Of a stretch of DNA of 64,000 nucleotides, positions 55,547 to 64,000 are shown one piece after another. The stretch comes from a virus (Duplodnaviria > Caudoviricetes), in IMG/VR virus record IMGVR_UViG_3300033475_000013, positions 1-64,000 of that record. One strand, given 5' to 3'. Both the position numbers and the translations under genes were made by a program. Within the stretch, counting starts at the first letter, position 1. Every line of letters starts with the position of its first letter. The notes below the pieces were generated by a model, which saw only the letters and a list, made by a program, of their open reading frames with translations, ran no database searches and was not told where the DNA came from.

Positions 55547-56011
55547 ATGGCAAAAATATCAATAACAAACGATGAATTGGTTCAATTTAGAACGGCTGCT
55601 CAAGCTTACATTAATCGTTATCCAGATCGGACAAAGCTTCATTATGCTCTTGAAAGAACGCTCAAAAAAACACTCACGCTATTTGAGGATTACGCCGATA
55701 AAGAAAATGATTACAGGGTGGATGCCGCGATCATCGACGAAAAAACAAAAACATTCACATACCTCGAAGATGTTGTAGGTGGTCAAACAAGACGACAATT
55801 AGCTGTTGATCCTGCAAAAGCAAAAACTCTTCAGGCAAACATGAGAAAACTCGGAAGAGAAAAAGTTGAGATTGAAACTTATTTTACAACTGAGCAACCA
55901 AAAGACTTGGAAGCTATGTGGCATCAAGTTTTTAGTGGTATAGTTATTCCTGAAGAAAGAGAAGATTCAGCAAAAGATGCTCTTACTGAATCGGAAGCAT
56001 TATCAAAATAA
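55547..56011 (+). CDS. Hypothetical protein
   Basis: Preceded by a TATCTTTG -7 box. Confidence 0.6.
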   Translation: MAKISITNDELVQFRTAAQAYINRYPDRTKLHYALERTLKKTLTLFEDYADKENDYRVDAAIIDEKTKTFTYLEDVVGGQTRRQLAVDPAKAKTLQANMRKLGREKVEIETYFTTEQPKDLEAMWHQVFSGIVIPEEREDSAKDALTESEALSK

Positions 56012-56014
56012 GAT

Positions 56015-56659
56015 ATGATTGACGAGGTTTATTCGCTAGTAAATTACATCTCAGATAAAAATGGCCGGGGATATATACCTCCGGCCAAATTTAATTTATT
56101 GGCTAAAACCTGTCAGTTAGAATTTATTTCAACACGGCTTGGTAACATTCGTAATCCAGTACCTGGCTACAAGTCAAACAGACGTATTGATACTGATCTT
56201 CGCCCATTTCTTTATGGTCCTATTCAAGTGCCAATAGACTCTAACGGAAACTTTAATTATCCACCAGGGTTTATGTGGCAGGACTCTTGGCAGAAACTTG
56301 ACTATACTCCAATCACTGATATCCAAAGTGATCAGTATCCTGCGATTAAAAAGAATGCCATCATTCCACCAACGGTAGATTATCCGTACATCATTTTTAA
56401 TAATCCGTACGGATTCATTGATCCTTATTCTATTGGTTCTTTTTTGCTCTCTTACATAAAGTATCCAGATGACCCTGTATGGGCCTACACAACGGTAAAT
56501 GATGAGCCAGTTTATAATCCATCAGCAGCAGTTGATTTTAAGTTAGGATCAATAAGTATGATGGATATCACGGCTCTTATTTTAGAGAAGGTTGGTATGA
56601 ACCTTAATAAAGATCAGATTTTACAATATTCTGTTCAAAAACAACTTCAAGGAACATGA
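56015..56659 (+). CDS. Tail ring/adaptor protein
   Basis: MIDEVY..VNYISDKNGRGYIPPAKFNLLA; YIKYPDDPVW; crAss-like ring pattern. Confidence 0.7.
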   Translation: MIDEVYSLVNYISDKNGRGYIPPAKFNLLAKTCQLEFISTRLGNIRNPVPGYKSNRRIDTDLRPFLYGPIQVPIDSNGNFNYPPGFMWQDSWQKLDYTPITDIQSDQYPAIKKNAIIPPTVDYPYIIFNNPYGFIDPYSIGSFLLSYIKYPDDPVWAYTTVNDEPVYNPSAAVDFKLGSISMMDITALILEKVGMNLNKDQILQYSVQKQLQGT

Positions 56660-57315
56660 GTCAGAAGACACGGTTATATTATGCTCATCGCGTTATCCTT
56701 GCATTACAGGATGATTATCCTTCTCTTGAATTTAAGATACAAGAGCGCGAAGTATTTCCTGTCATTGATGATATCGTTAACCGGATGGCTGAGCAGGATT
56801 ATTTTGATAACTGGAAATTTACGGGTCAAGGAATAGATGAAGCTTTTATTACAACCTTTGATGAGATAACAGTAGTTGATCAGGATAATGAATTGCCTTC
56901 TTATTTTGAGTTCCCATCTAATTATGCTGCATTACCAAACAATCGAGGCATAGATGAAATCTGGCCATTGAAATTCAGAATGAAAGGCGATGATCACTCT
57001 GTAGTTATTATGACACATGCTGATTATCGTCGTTATAAAAGCATGAGGGCTGGTAAACTTGAAGGAAGACTCGGTGGATATCCACAAGGAACAAAATTTT
57101 ATTTTACTTCTTGTGGAGTTAAGAAGAAATATGGCAATATGGGATTGCGTCTTGTTATCAGAAGTTCTAAGGATATTTCTGATACTGCGCCATATCCAAT
57201 ACCAGCGAACAGAGAAGGTGATGTTGTACTTATGGCTATCAAATATTTTGTTGATAAACGTAATGGACAGACTGATGTTGTTAGGGATTCCAAGGATAAA
57301 ATAGCCGCATCATGA
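56656..57315 (+). CDS. Tail ring protein
   Basis: Size and position; YPIP motif. Confidence 0.6.
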   Translation: MSQKTRLYYAHRVILALQDDYPSLEFKIQEREVFPVIDDIVNRMAEQDYFDNWKFTGQGIDEAFITTFDEITVVDQDNELPSYFEFPSNYAALPNNRGIDEIWPLKFRMKGDDHSVVIMTHADYRRYKSMRAGKLEGRLGGYPQGTKFYFTSCGVKKKYGNMGLRLVIRSSKDISDTAPYPIPANREGDVVLMAIKYFVDKRNGQTDVVRDSKDKIAAS

Positions 57316-58082
57316 GTGTAGATAATAGCAGATACTATAAAATTTCAACGATTGTTGATGACTTTTTATCCGATAATGATCTGCACAATAGCTGGTATCA
57401 GAAGGCTTTAAAATGGGGACATAAGGCATTACGTGATATTCGACTTGATATCTACCAGGAAGTCAAGACAGAGTTGTTAAATGTTACTGAGCGCAAGACA
57501 GTAGTTCTTCCTGATGGCTTTGTAGACTGGACAAAGATTGCTGTTAAGAATGGTCAGTATGCAGTTACCCTGGCACTGAATGCTGATTTAACCATTCAGG
57601 AAAGATCAACTTCAGATCAAACCATTTCCAGTATTATGAGTCAGCGCCTGCCTAATGGCACAGACTTTGGGCAGTATGGTGGTTATTATTTTAACAACTT
57701 TAACGGATCTAATTTCCTAGCCGTCGGAGGAGGATTGCCTAGTAAGGGATTTTTCAAAGTAGTACAACATGATAATTGTAAGGAAATATTATTAGACTAC
57801 GATTATAATCTTAATCAGGTTTATCTGGAATACATCACAGATGGTCTTGATGCTTGCGATGAAACAGTTGTTCACCCATACGAATACAATTACATTTTCG
57901 CTTACATGGAAATGCGTTATGAGATGAAGAACAATCCGAAAGCAACTAATTATACTAAAGATGAAGCGCAGAAGGATGTATACTTCGAGGGATTAAAATT
58001 AAGAGGCCGTTATAATGAACTTGATCCGAGAACATTTATTACCATGAGTCGAGCGGAATCCAGAATGACAACTAAACTTTAA
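57312..58082 (+). CDS. Tail ring protein
   Basis: VVLPDGFVDWTKI, YLEYITDG, VVHP. Confidence 0.65.
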   Translation: MSVDNSRYYKISTIVDDFLSDNDLHNSWYQKALKWGHKALRDIRLDIYQEVKTELLNVTERKTVVLPDGFVDWTKIAVKNGQYAVTLALNADLTIQERSTSDQTISSIMSQRLPNGTDFGQYGGYYFNNFNGSNFLAVGGGLPSKGFFKVVQHDNCKEILLDYDYNLNQVYLEYITDGLDACDETVVHPYEYNYIFAYMEMRYEMKNNPKATNYTKDEAQKDVYFEGLKLRGRYNELDPRTFITMSRAESRMTTKL

Positions 58083-58086
58083 GGTT

Positions 58087-58308
58087 ATGAAAATATCCAG
58101 CAACAAAAAGAAAGGCAATTCTGTAAAATCATCAGGAATTGTAGAGAAGAAAATATCTGAAGCTAACGATGAGCGATACAGTGTTCAGAAGATTAGTAAC
58201 GGATATATCACTGAAAAGTCATGGACAGATAAGAATGGTGCTTATCAATGCGTTAAAACTTATTCTGAAAAGAATCCGATTGACAATGAAGCTTCTGAAA
58301 AAGAATAA
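58087..58308 (+). CDS. Hypothetical protein
   Basis: Short ORF. Confidence 0.5.
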   Translation: MKISSNKKKGNSVKSSGIVEKKISEANDERYSVQKISNGYITEKSWTDKNGAYQCVKTYSEKNPIDNEASEKE

Positions 58309-61300
58309 ATGAATAAGAATCCTAATTCTAAATTCACTCCTTTAGGTGGCGCAAATCAAGATGATAGTTTAATAACTCCTTCTCCAGATGCCGCTGGACG
58401 TTCGCTTTTTGAGAATGGAGATTATCGCTATGCCCTTAATTTAAGAATAGGATCAAGCAGAGGAAGTAATTTTGGAGATGGTGAGAATATAAAAAGCACA
58501 TTAGCACTTGAAAATTATATTGGTTATGACAGACAAACCTGGGAGAATTCACCAACCAACTTCCCAGGATCATTAAGCGGATGGAGTGTTTATAATTCAG
58601 GAACAGATTTAGCATTTACTTACGGATCGACTCCGCCAAATATTTTTCCTGGCGCAAAAGTCAGCATTAATTTAAGCACTATAAAACAAACAGTTACTCT
58701 TTATCAGGTTCATCCTATATCAGTGGGTGATTATTTAACACTGAGTTATGCTTTCACTAGAAATCTTGTTAATCCAAGTTCATTACTAATTGTCGGATTG
58801 TATTTAGTCTATCTGGATGGCTCTGGTACTGAGATAGCATCAACGCTAATCGATAATTTAAATTCATACTCATCATCCATTGGACATCCGTCCAATGTTA
58901 TTTCATTGTATGCTACGCAAAATTGTGCAGCTATCGGTTTTAAAATAAAGAATACAACTACAGCAGGTTCGACAATAGAGTATGTTGTTGATCAATTTAA
59001 AATTGATCAGGTATTCAACACCATTGTAACTACTCCACCAGTAGGAAATAATAAAGTAATCGGCAGGTATGAGGACGTAGAATTTCAACGTATTTACAAA
59101 TTTGTTTATAACAGCAATAGCAACCATACGATTTCATACTTTGATCCCAACACATCAACGACGTATGAGATACTGAGATGGTCAGGACTTTCTTTTCAAA
59201 GCAATTATTTTGTAAAGGCTGCAAAGCTTGATAATTGGCTTGCGTTTACAGATCGAAATAATGCTCCGAGATTGATAGATACTGATTCAATACAGAGTCT
59301 TTTCCTTCAATTAGGTTCTACAAATTTTAGAGAATTTCATATCTCATTTCATAAATGGGCACCTACCGTTCCGCCTATACCAAGAAATTTTTTCGATACG
59401 ACTACGAATGTTAATAATTTCGAAAAGCTTAAAAACAAACTGCTACAATTTTCTTATAGATACATTTATTTCGGAAATCTTAAATCGCGCTGGAGCCCGA
59501 TAAGCAAAGGATGTATCACTAATATTTGTGGATCATATTATTCAACGGCTCCTGTGGGTCAGCCTATTCAAACACAGAAGATAACTTCTATTGAGGTTGA
59601 TATACCTGGTTGCATTTATGATGATCCAACATCTTCTGCGCAGTATAATTATTTTGATCACACTGATCTGAAGTTTAAAGTTGCTGTGCAGTATATAGAA
59701 TTAGCATTCCGTGAAAGTGAACTTGATTTATGGAAGCAATGGAAGACAGTTGATGTCAATAATGGATATAATCGCTATCAATATTTTGATGGTTCAGCCA
59801 CATTAACACCACTCGCGCAAGATGATTTTAATCAGCCATTTGATACTGTGCCATTTAAAGCAGGTACAGTAGAAGCTGTTGATAATAGATTTGTGTTCGC
59901 TGACATTCTCGATGAACAACCAGCCGCAACAGGATTATCTGTCGGCAATATTTCTATTGCTAAAAATGGTGATTGGGCAACTTCTGTGAATACAGAGTTT
60001 CCTTCATTAACACCACCACAACGCGCTGATATTTTAAGAAAGAATAGTCTGAGTAATTTCAATTTTAAAGATCGTGCGATATACAAAATTGGCATACAGT
60101 GGCTTCATAAAACTGGATGGAGAAGTGCTATCTATACTACTGATCAATTTATTTACAATGTCGATGATAACAATGTAGGTTCAATAAATGCACAAGTTGC
60201 TTTTAATTTCTTATTGAGTGTGACTCCTCCTGATTGGGCTGTTGGTTACCAGTTATTCAGAACGAATGCATTGAATATAGATGCGTTCATTTATGGAATT
60301 GCAAATAAGTTTGTGCCACTTGTTGATGATGTTTCTACCATTCTTGATCAGACAACTCTACCTGACAACATCAAGGATAGAATTCGTCAGCATTTTGAGA
60401 ACTCAAGAATTATCGATGGTAATGATGTCATAAAGCAGGCTGAGATTGAAGTTAACGCTGCCATTCAGGCTGATAAGAATAAAAATAAGAATCGAAATAA
60501 TTTCCTGAAACTTCAGGAAAATATTGGTAAAGGAAGTGGTGTACTGGAGTTGTATGGAACAAATCGAGCACTTAACAAATATTTACGTAGCAATCCTATT
60601 GCTGTAAAACTTATTCCTGAATTACGCAAAACAAAAGCAATCAATGTACTCGCTGATTCTAGTAGGATTTATATTGATATCAACAACTGGTACTCAGGTT
60701 CTAAGAAAGGATTGAATAAAGAAAATCCGCTAAATAAACTTTATTACAATTATCGTGAAGGTGATCGTGTACGGTTTGTAGGAAGCGATGTTGCTTCGCC
60801 ATCAAATGCTTCACAATTGAAGGAGTATGATGTTCCTATCATTGAATTTACCGGTAAAGGAATAATTATTGAAAAGCCTGCAACAATGCTGTGGATGCAG
60901 GCTGAAGGAGCTCTTGGAGGTTTCTATTATTATAACATAGAAATTTATACTCAGAAGACACCAGATTTAGCCGATCATTTATTGTATGAAGTTGGTGAGT
61001 GGTATCCTGTACTTTATCCAGGTGCAAGTAATAGAGCACTTTCTAAATCAGATTTTGTCTATACAAATAATGCAGCGGTAACATCTGTTACTTATGGTCC
61101 ATTCAATATCTTCAATAAGATACCTTTCTTTTACGCGGACTGTTACATTGTTCCTAAGACTGTTTATCGGGACACATACGCCATTTCTCCAGATGTTGCA
61201 CAGAGTACAGGTAATCCAAGTTCTGGTGTTAATCTAAGCATGAGTCCTGATCCTGATAAAACTTTTGATTATTGGGATAAGTGCGATGGTAGAGTGTCTA

Positions 61301-62439
61301 CTACGTATCAAAATTTACCGATTTCAAAATTCAAGACTACGCTGGCTCGATTCGGAGGCAAGATAGTGGAGCAGTCTTATGTGAATAATCTCAACAATTT
61401 TGTTGACGAAAATCAGTTTTTATATCCTTCAGAGTATGGACGAATCAGAAATCTGATCAATACTTCTAATGCCCAAGTTGAATCTGTAGGAAGTATTCTT
61501 CTGGCCATTGGTGAGCGAGAAGCATGGAGCATCTATGTTAATCGCACAACACTTGAAGATCTTAGTGGTAATACCCAGGTTGGGTTAAGTGATCAGATAC
61601 TTGGTAGTTATAATACATTACTTGGTAGCCATGGCACATTAAATCCTGAGTCTGTATCAAAATATCGTGGTAATGTTTACTGGTGGGATCAGATCAATGG
61701 ATCATGGGTACGCTACGGTCGTGATGGGCTTACGCCAATTTCTGATTATAAAAAGAGAAACTGGTTTAAGGAATTAGGAACCTTACTAATGCCTTATTAT
61801 TTCTCTGGTGAAATTCCTGTTGTGATGAGTGAGTTTGATCCATTCAATATGGAACTTGTTACATTTATGAGTCATAGTTTATTACCTGCTACATTCAGAG
61901 GATATGATGATTATAAGGGTGATACCTTCAGTGAGAACGATAAGCGATGGAAACATTGCCATTCTTATAAGCCTGAGATGTTTGCCAAAATGAATAATCA
62001 ATTGTATTATTTTGATGGTGGCACTATTTATCAATTAGAAGCTGGTCCGGATTATAATACTTTTTCAGGAATCAAGTATGATTCAATGATTGAGCCAGTG
62101 TTTAATACTGATGTTACTGATGTTAAACACTGGAGAAATATTGCTTACATTACTACTGATCGGTGGTCAGTTGAACGAATTTTAAGTGAATATCGTGGCA
62201 ATAAGGCTTTGCAGCAATCAAGAATACAGCTTGAGGCTTTTGAATTGAAGGAAGATACGTATTGGGCAGCTATTAAAAATGACATAAATACTCCAAATGT
62301 TTTAAATCCTATTGTAGAAGGAGCGCCGATGAGAAGCAAAGCTATCCAGGTTTTAATGAAGCTTGATCCAGCAGTTGATTACCTGAGCTTATTCCATTTT
62401 GCATTTGGCTTGTACGATGAATCACCAATAAATACGTAA
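58309..62439 (+). CDS. Tail muzzle/stabilisation protein (crAss-like)
   Basis: GGANQDDS...GDYRYALNLR N-terminus, NRFVFAD, YGTLNPES-like HGTLNPES, YWWD, propeller-like repeats. Confidence 0.75.
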   Translation: MNKNPNSKFTPLGGANQDDSLITPSPDAAGRSLFENGDYRYALNLRIGSSRGSNFGDGENIKSTLALENYIGYDRQTWENSPTNFPGSLSGWSVYNSGTDLAFTYGSTPPNIFPGAKVSINLSTIKQTVTLYQVHPISVGDYLTLSYAFTRNLVNPSSLLIVGLYLVYLDGSGTEIASTLIDNLNSYSSSIGHPSNVISLYATQNCAAIGFKIKNTTTAGSTIEYVVDQFKIDQVFNTIVTTPPVGNNKVIGRYEDVEFQRIYKFVYNSNSNHTISYFDPNTSTTYEILRWSGLSFQSNYFVKAAKLDNWLAFTDRNNAPRLIDTDSIQSLFLQLGSTNFREFHISFHKWAPTVPPIPRNFFDTTTNVNNFEKLKNKLLQFSYRYIYFGNLKSRWSPISKGCITNICGSYYSTAPVGQPIQTQKITSIEVDIPGCIYDDPTSSAQYNYFDHTDLKFKVAVQYIELAFRESELDLWKQWKTVDVNNGYNRYQYFDGSATLTPLAQDDFNQPFDTVPFKAGTVEAVDNRFVFADILDEQPAATGLSVGNISIAKNGDWATSVNTEFPSLTPPQRADILRKNSLSNFNFKDRAIYKIGIQWLHKTGWRSAIYTTDQFIYNVDDNNVGSINAQVAFNFLLSVTPPDWAVGYQLFRTNALNIDAFIYGIANKFVPLVDDVSTILDQTTLPDNIKDRIRQHFENSRIIDGNDVIKQAEIEVNAAIQADKNKNKNRNNFLKLQENIGKGSGVLELYGTNRALNKYLRSNPIAVKLIPELRKTKAINVLADSSRIYIDINNWYSGSKKGLNKENPLNKLYYNYREGDRVRFVGSDVASPSNASQLKEYDVPIIEFTGKGIIIEKPATMLWMQAEGALGGFYYYNIEIYTQKTPDLADHLLYEVGEWYPVLYPGASNRALSKSDFVYTNNAAVTSVTYGPFNIFNKIPFFYADCYIVPKTVYRDTYAISPDVAQSTGNPSSGVNLSMSPDPDKTFDYWDKCDGRVSTTYQNLPISKFKTTLARFGGKIVEQSYVNNLNNFVDENQFLYPSEYGRIRNLINTSNAQVESVGSILLAIGEREAWSIYVNRTTLEDLSGNTQVGLSDQILGSYNTLLGSHGTLNPESVSKYRGNVYWWDQINGSWVRYGRDGLTPISDYKKRNWFKELGTLLMPYYFSGEIPVVMSEFDPFNMELVTFMSHSLLPATFRGYDDYKGDTFSENDKRWKHCHSYKPEMFAKMNNQLYYFDGGTIYQLEAGPDYNTFSGIKYDSMIEPVFNTDVTDVKHWRNIAYITTDRWSVERILSEYRGNKALQQSRIQLEAFELKEDTYWAAIKNDINTPNVLNPIVEGAPMRSKAIQVLMKLDPAVDYLSLFHFAFGLYDESPINT

Positions 62440-62470
62440 GGAATCACTAAATTGTATCAAAATTACGATT

Positions 62471-63025
62471 ATGGGACTAGGAACAGCAGTATCGCTCATA
62501 TCCGAAATATCCAAGGATAAAAATAGCAAGGCTTTAAAGCGCCAGATTGCCCGTGCTCCTAAATATACTATCAATGATGAGGCTTATCAGAACAAGGCGG
62601 TAGCGGAGGGACAAGCTTTTGGACGCGACCGATCGATGATGATGGCGCAGCAAAATTTAGAGCAAGATGCCGCTAATGCTGCAAATCAAGCCAAACAAGT
62701 TACAGGGAGCACATCTGGATTATTGAGTACCATCGCAGCTATCAATGCTAATAAAAACACCAACATACGTGGTATCGCCCAGGATGAAGCTTCTCTTCAG
62801 AATCAAAAAATTCAGCAATTATACAATGTCAATAATCAGATGATTGATGAGAAGGATAAGGCATGGAATTATAATGTTAATATGCCATATCAGATGAAGA
62901 TTGCTGCATTACGTGATAAAATTCAATCGAACACTGAGATGTCTGCTAAAGGACTTGATTACGAAACTTCAACATCAACTGCCTTCATGGGCTCTATGGG
63001 CTCAATGATGGGAGGAGGAGCATAA
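62471..63025 (+). CDS. Putative ejection/cargo protein
   Basis: Gly-rich termini and A/Q/N-rich helical body; position after the muzzle gene. Confidence 0.55.
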   Translation: MGLGTAVSLISEISKDKNSKALKRQIARAPKYTINDEAYQNKAVAEGQAFGRDRSMMMAQQNLEQDAANAANQAKQVTGSTSGLLSTIAAINANKNTNIRGIAQDEASLQNQKIQQLYNVNNQMIDEKDKAWNYNVNMPYQMKIAALRDKIQSNTEMSAKGLDYETSTSTAFMGSMGSMMGGGA

Positions 63026-63028
63026 ACT

Positions 63029-64000
63029 ATGGCATATAGGGAATTCCATCACGAGAAAACTTACGCCAAGCCAGACTTGAGCCATTTTTTGGATGCCTCT
63101 ACTCAGGCTGTGTCCAATCTATTTCAATCCCTTGCACAACAACATAGGCAGAAGCAAAAGAATGTTGATCAGTTTAATTATGATCTCACTAATGGGAAGT
63201 TTGAAAATGATCAAAAAATACTCAGTGAATATGCTACTAATGTAGTTAACCGGGGAAAGCAGGAAATCTTAAATAATGGTAAGACTTCCAGTGAGACTGC
63301 TGGTATGATGAATCAAGGCAAGACATGGCAGCAAATGAGCCAGATTCAATTTGAAAAAGCAAAGAATCTACAGGCTGAAGTCTTGGCCCGAGACTCTAAA
63401 GATCCTTATTATGATGCCCAGGTTGATTTAGCGAAAGTTAAAGAGGCTACCAACGGTAAAGATAATGAGGTTAATTTCTTAGATCGTGGTAATAGACTAG
63501 CTGAAGCAGAGAAAAATCTTGGCGGAGTTGATGCTTTCAAATATGCTAATTACCGCGCTGATTATGTTAAAAATTTAGGGAATGCCTACAAAGAAAAAAC
63601 AGTAGGTAATCCTAACGCTACAAAAACTCAATATGATCAGAGTACTTTCTGGCTTCCAAATGGAAAGCCTGGTGTTTCTGATGATCACGCTATTGAGTAC
63701 ATAAAAAGTGATCCGCAAGGCCGGGTTGATGCTTATTTCAATAAACGTGTTAATGACCAACTTGACTCTGAGATCAGTAAGATGAAGGCTAGTGGCGACA
63801 CGCGTGTATCTTGGATGAAGGGAATGAAGGATGAGGATATCAAAAACGAACTAATCAATGATCCATCAAAAAATATCATCAATAAACAGGATTTTGGTAT
63901 TCGTAAAAGAGAATTAGCAAAGGCTGATTTATCTGAAGCGAACAGAATTAACAGTAAAATATCTGTTGATTATAAAGCCGCAAAGAATGATTCTCAAGGA
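63029..64000 (+). CDS. Putative cargo/ejection protein, 3'-truncated
   Basis: ATG at 63029 (MAYREFHHEK...); frame is open to the window end, so it is absent from the ORF track. Confidence 0.6.
   Translation, partial: MAYREFHHEKTYAKPDLSHFLDASTQAVSNLFQSLAQQHRQKQKNVDQFNYDLTNGKFENDQKILSEYATNVVNRGKQEILNNGKTSSETAGMMNQGKTWQQMSQIQFEKAKNLQAEVLARDSKDPYYDAQVDLAKVKEATNGKDNEVNFLDRGNRLAEAEKNLGGVDAFKYANYRADYVKNLGNAYKEKTVGNPNATKTQYDQSTFWLPNGKPGVSDDHAIEYIKSDPQGRVDAYFNKRVNDQLDSEISKMKASGDTRVSWMKGMKDEDIKNELINDPSKNIINKQDFGIRKRELAKADLSEANRINSKISVDYKAAKNDSQG

Noticed and set aside
38662-64000. Stop-codon reassignment as in some crAss-like phages
   Set aside because: Long genes are intact under the standard code, and no suppressor tRNA is present.
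1-64000. HldD (ADP-heptose 6-epimerase) completing the L,D-heptose route
   Set aside because: No NAD-dependent epimerase (GxxGxxG...YxxxK) ORF recognised in this window.

Overview
This window is part of an AT-rich tailed-phage genome, most likely infecting Bacteroidota (TAnnTTTG promoter boxes, Bacteroidota-type DnaB N-terminus and SSB). From left to right: the end of a glycosyltransferase/methyltransferase cluster (1-2.8 kb, +); a minus-strand accessory region of small genes (2.9-16.8 kb) with gmhA, a serine recombinase and a pentapeptide-repeat protein; a repeat-rich divergent region with two degenerate LAGLIDADG-like genes and five tRNAs (16.8-19.2 kb); a dual-frame C5 DNA methyltransferase and a chimeric helicase (19-26.8 kb, -); a recombination/replication block with hldE-kinase, hldE-adenylyltransferase and gmhB homologues (26.9-38.3 kb, +); and a crAss-like podovirus virion module (terminase, portal, capsid, 1804-aa fibre, ring proteins, muzzle, cargo; 38.7-64 kb, +). 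The top finding is a stand-alone RAMP/Cas7-like gene (4457-5026, -) flanked on both sides by non-coding arrays with strict 5-nt periodicity. Each array has nine NGY-NN units, then GGCCT, then a hairpin carrying TGTGGGGT. This resembles a VIPR-type non-contiguous RNA-guided system with a relaxed repeat motif. The second finding is an apparently complete phage-encoded ADP-heptose pathway plus a GT9 heptosyltransferase-like gene. All protein calls come from motif recognition by eye; no database searches were run.
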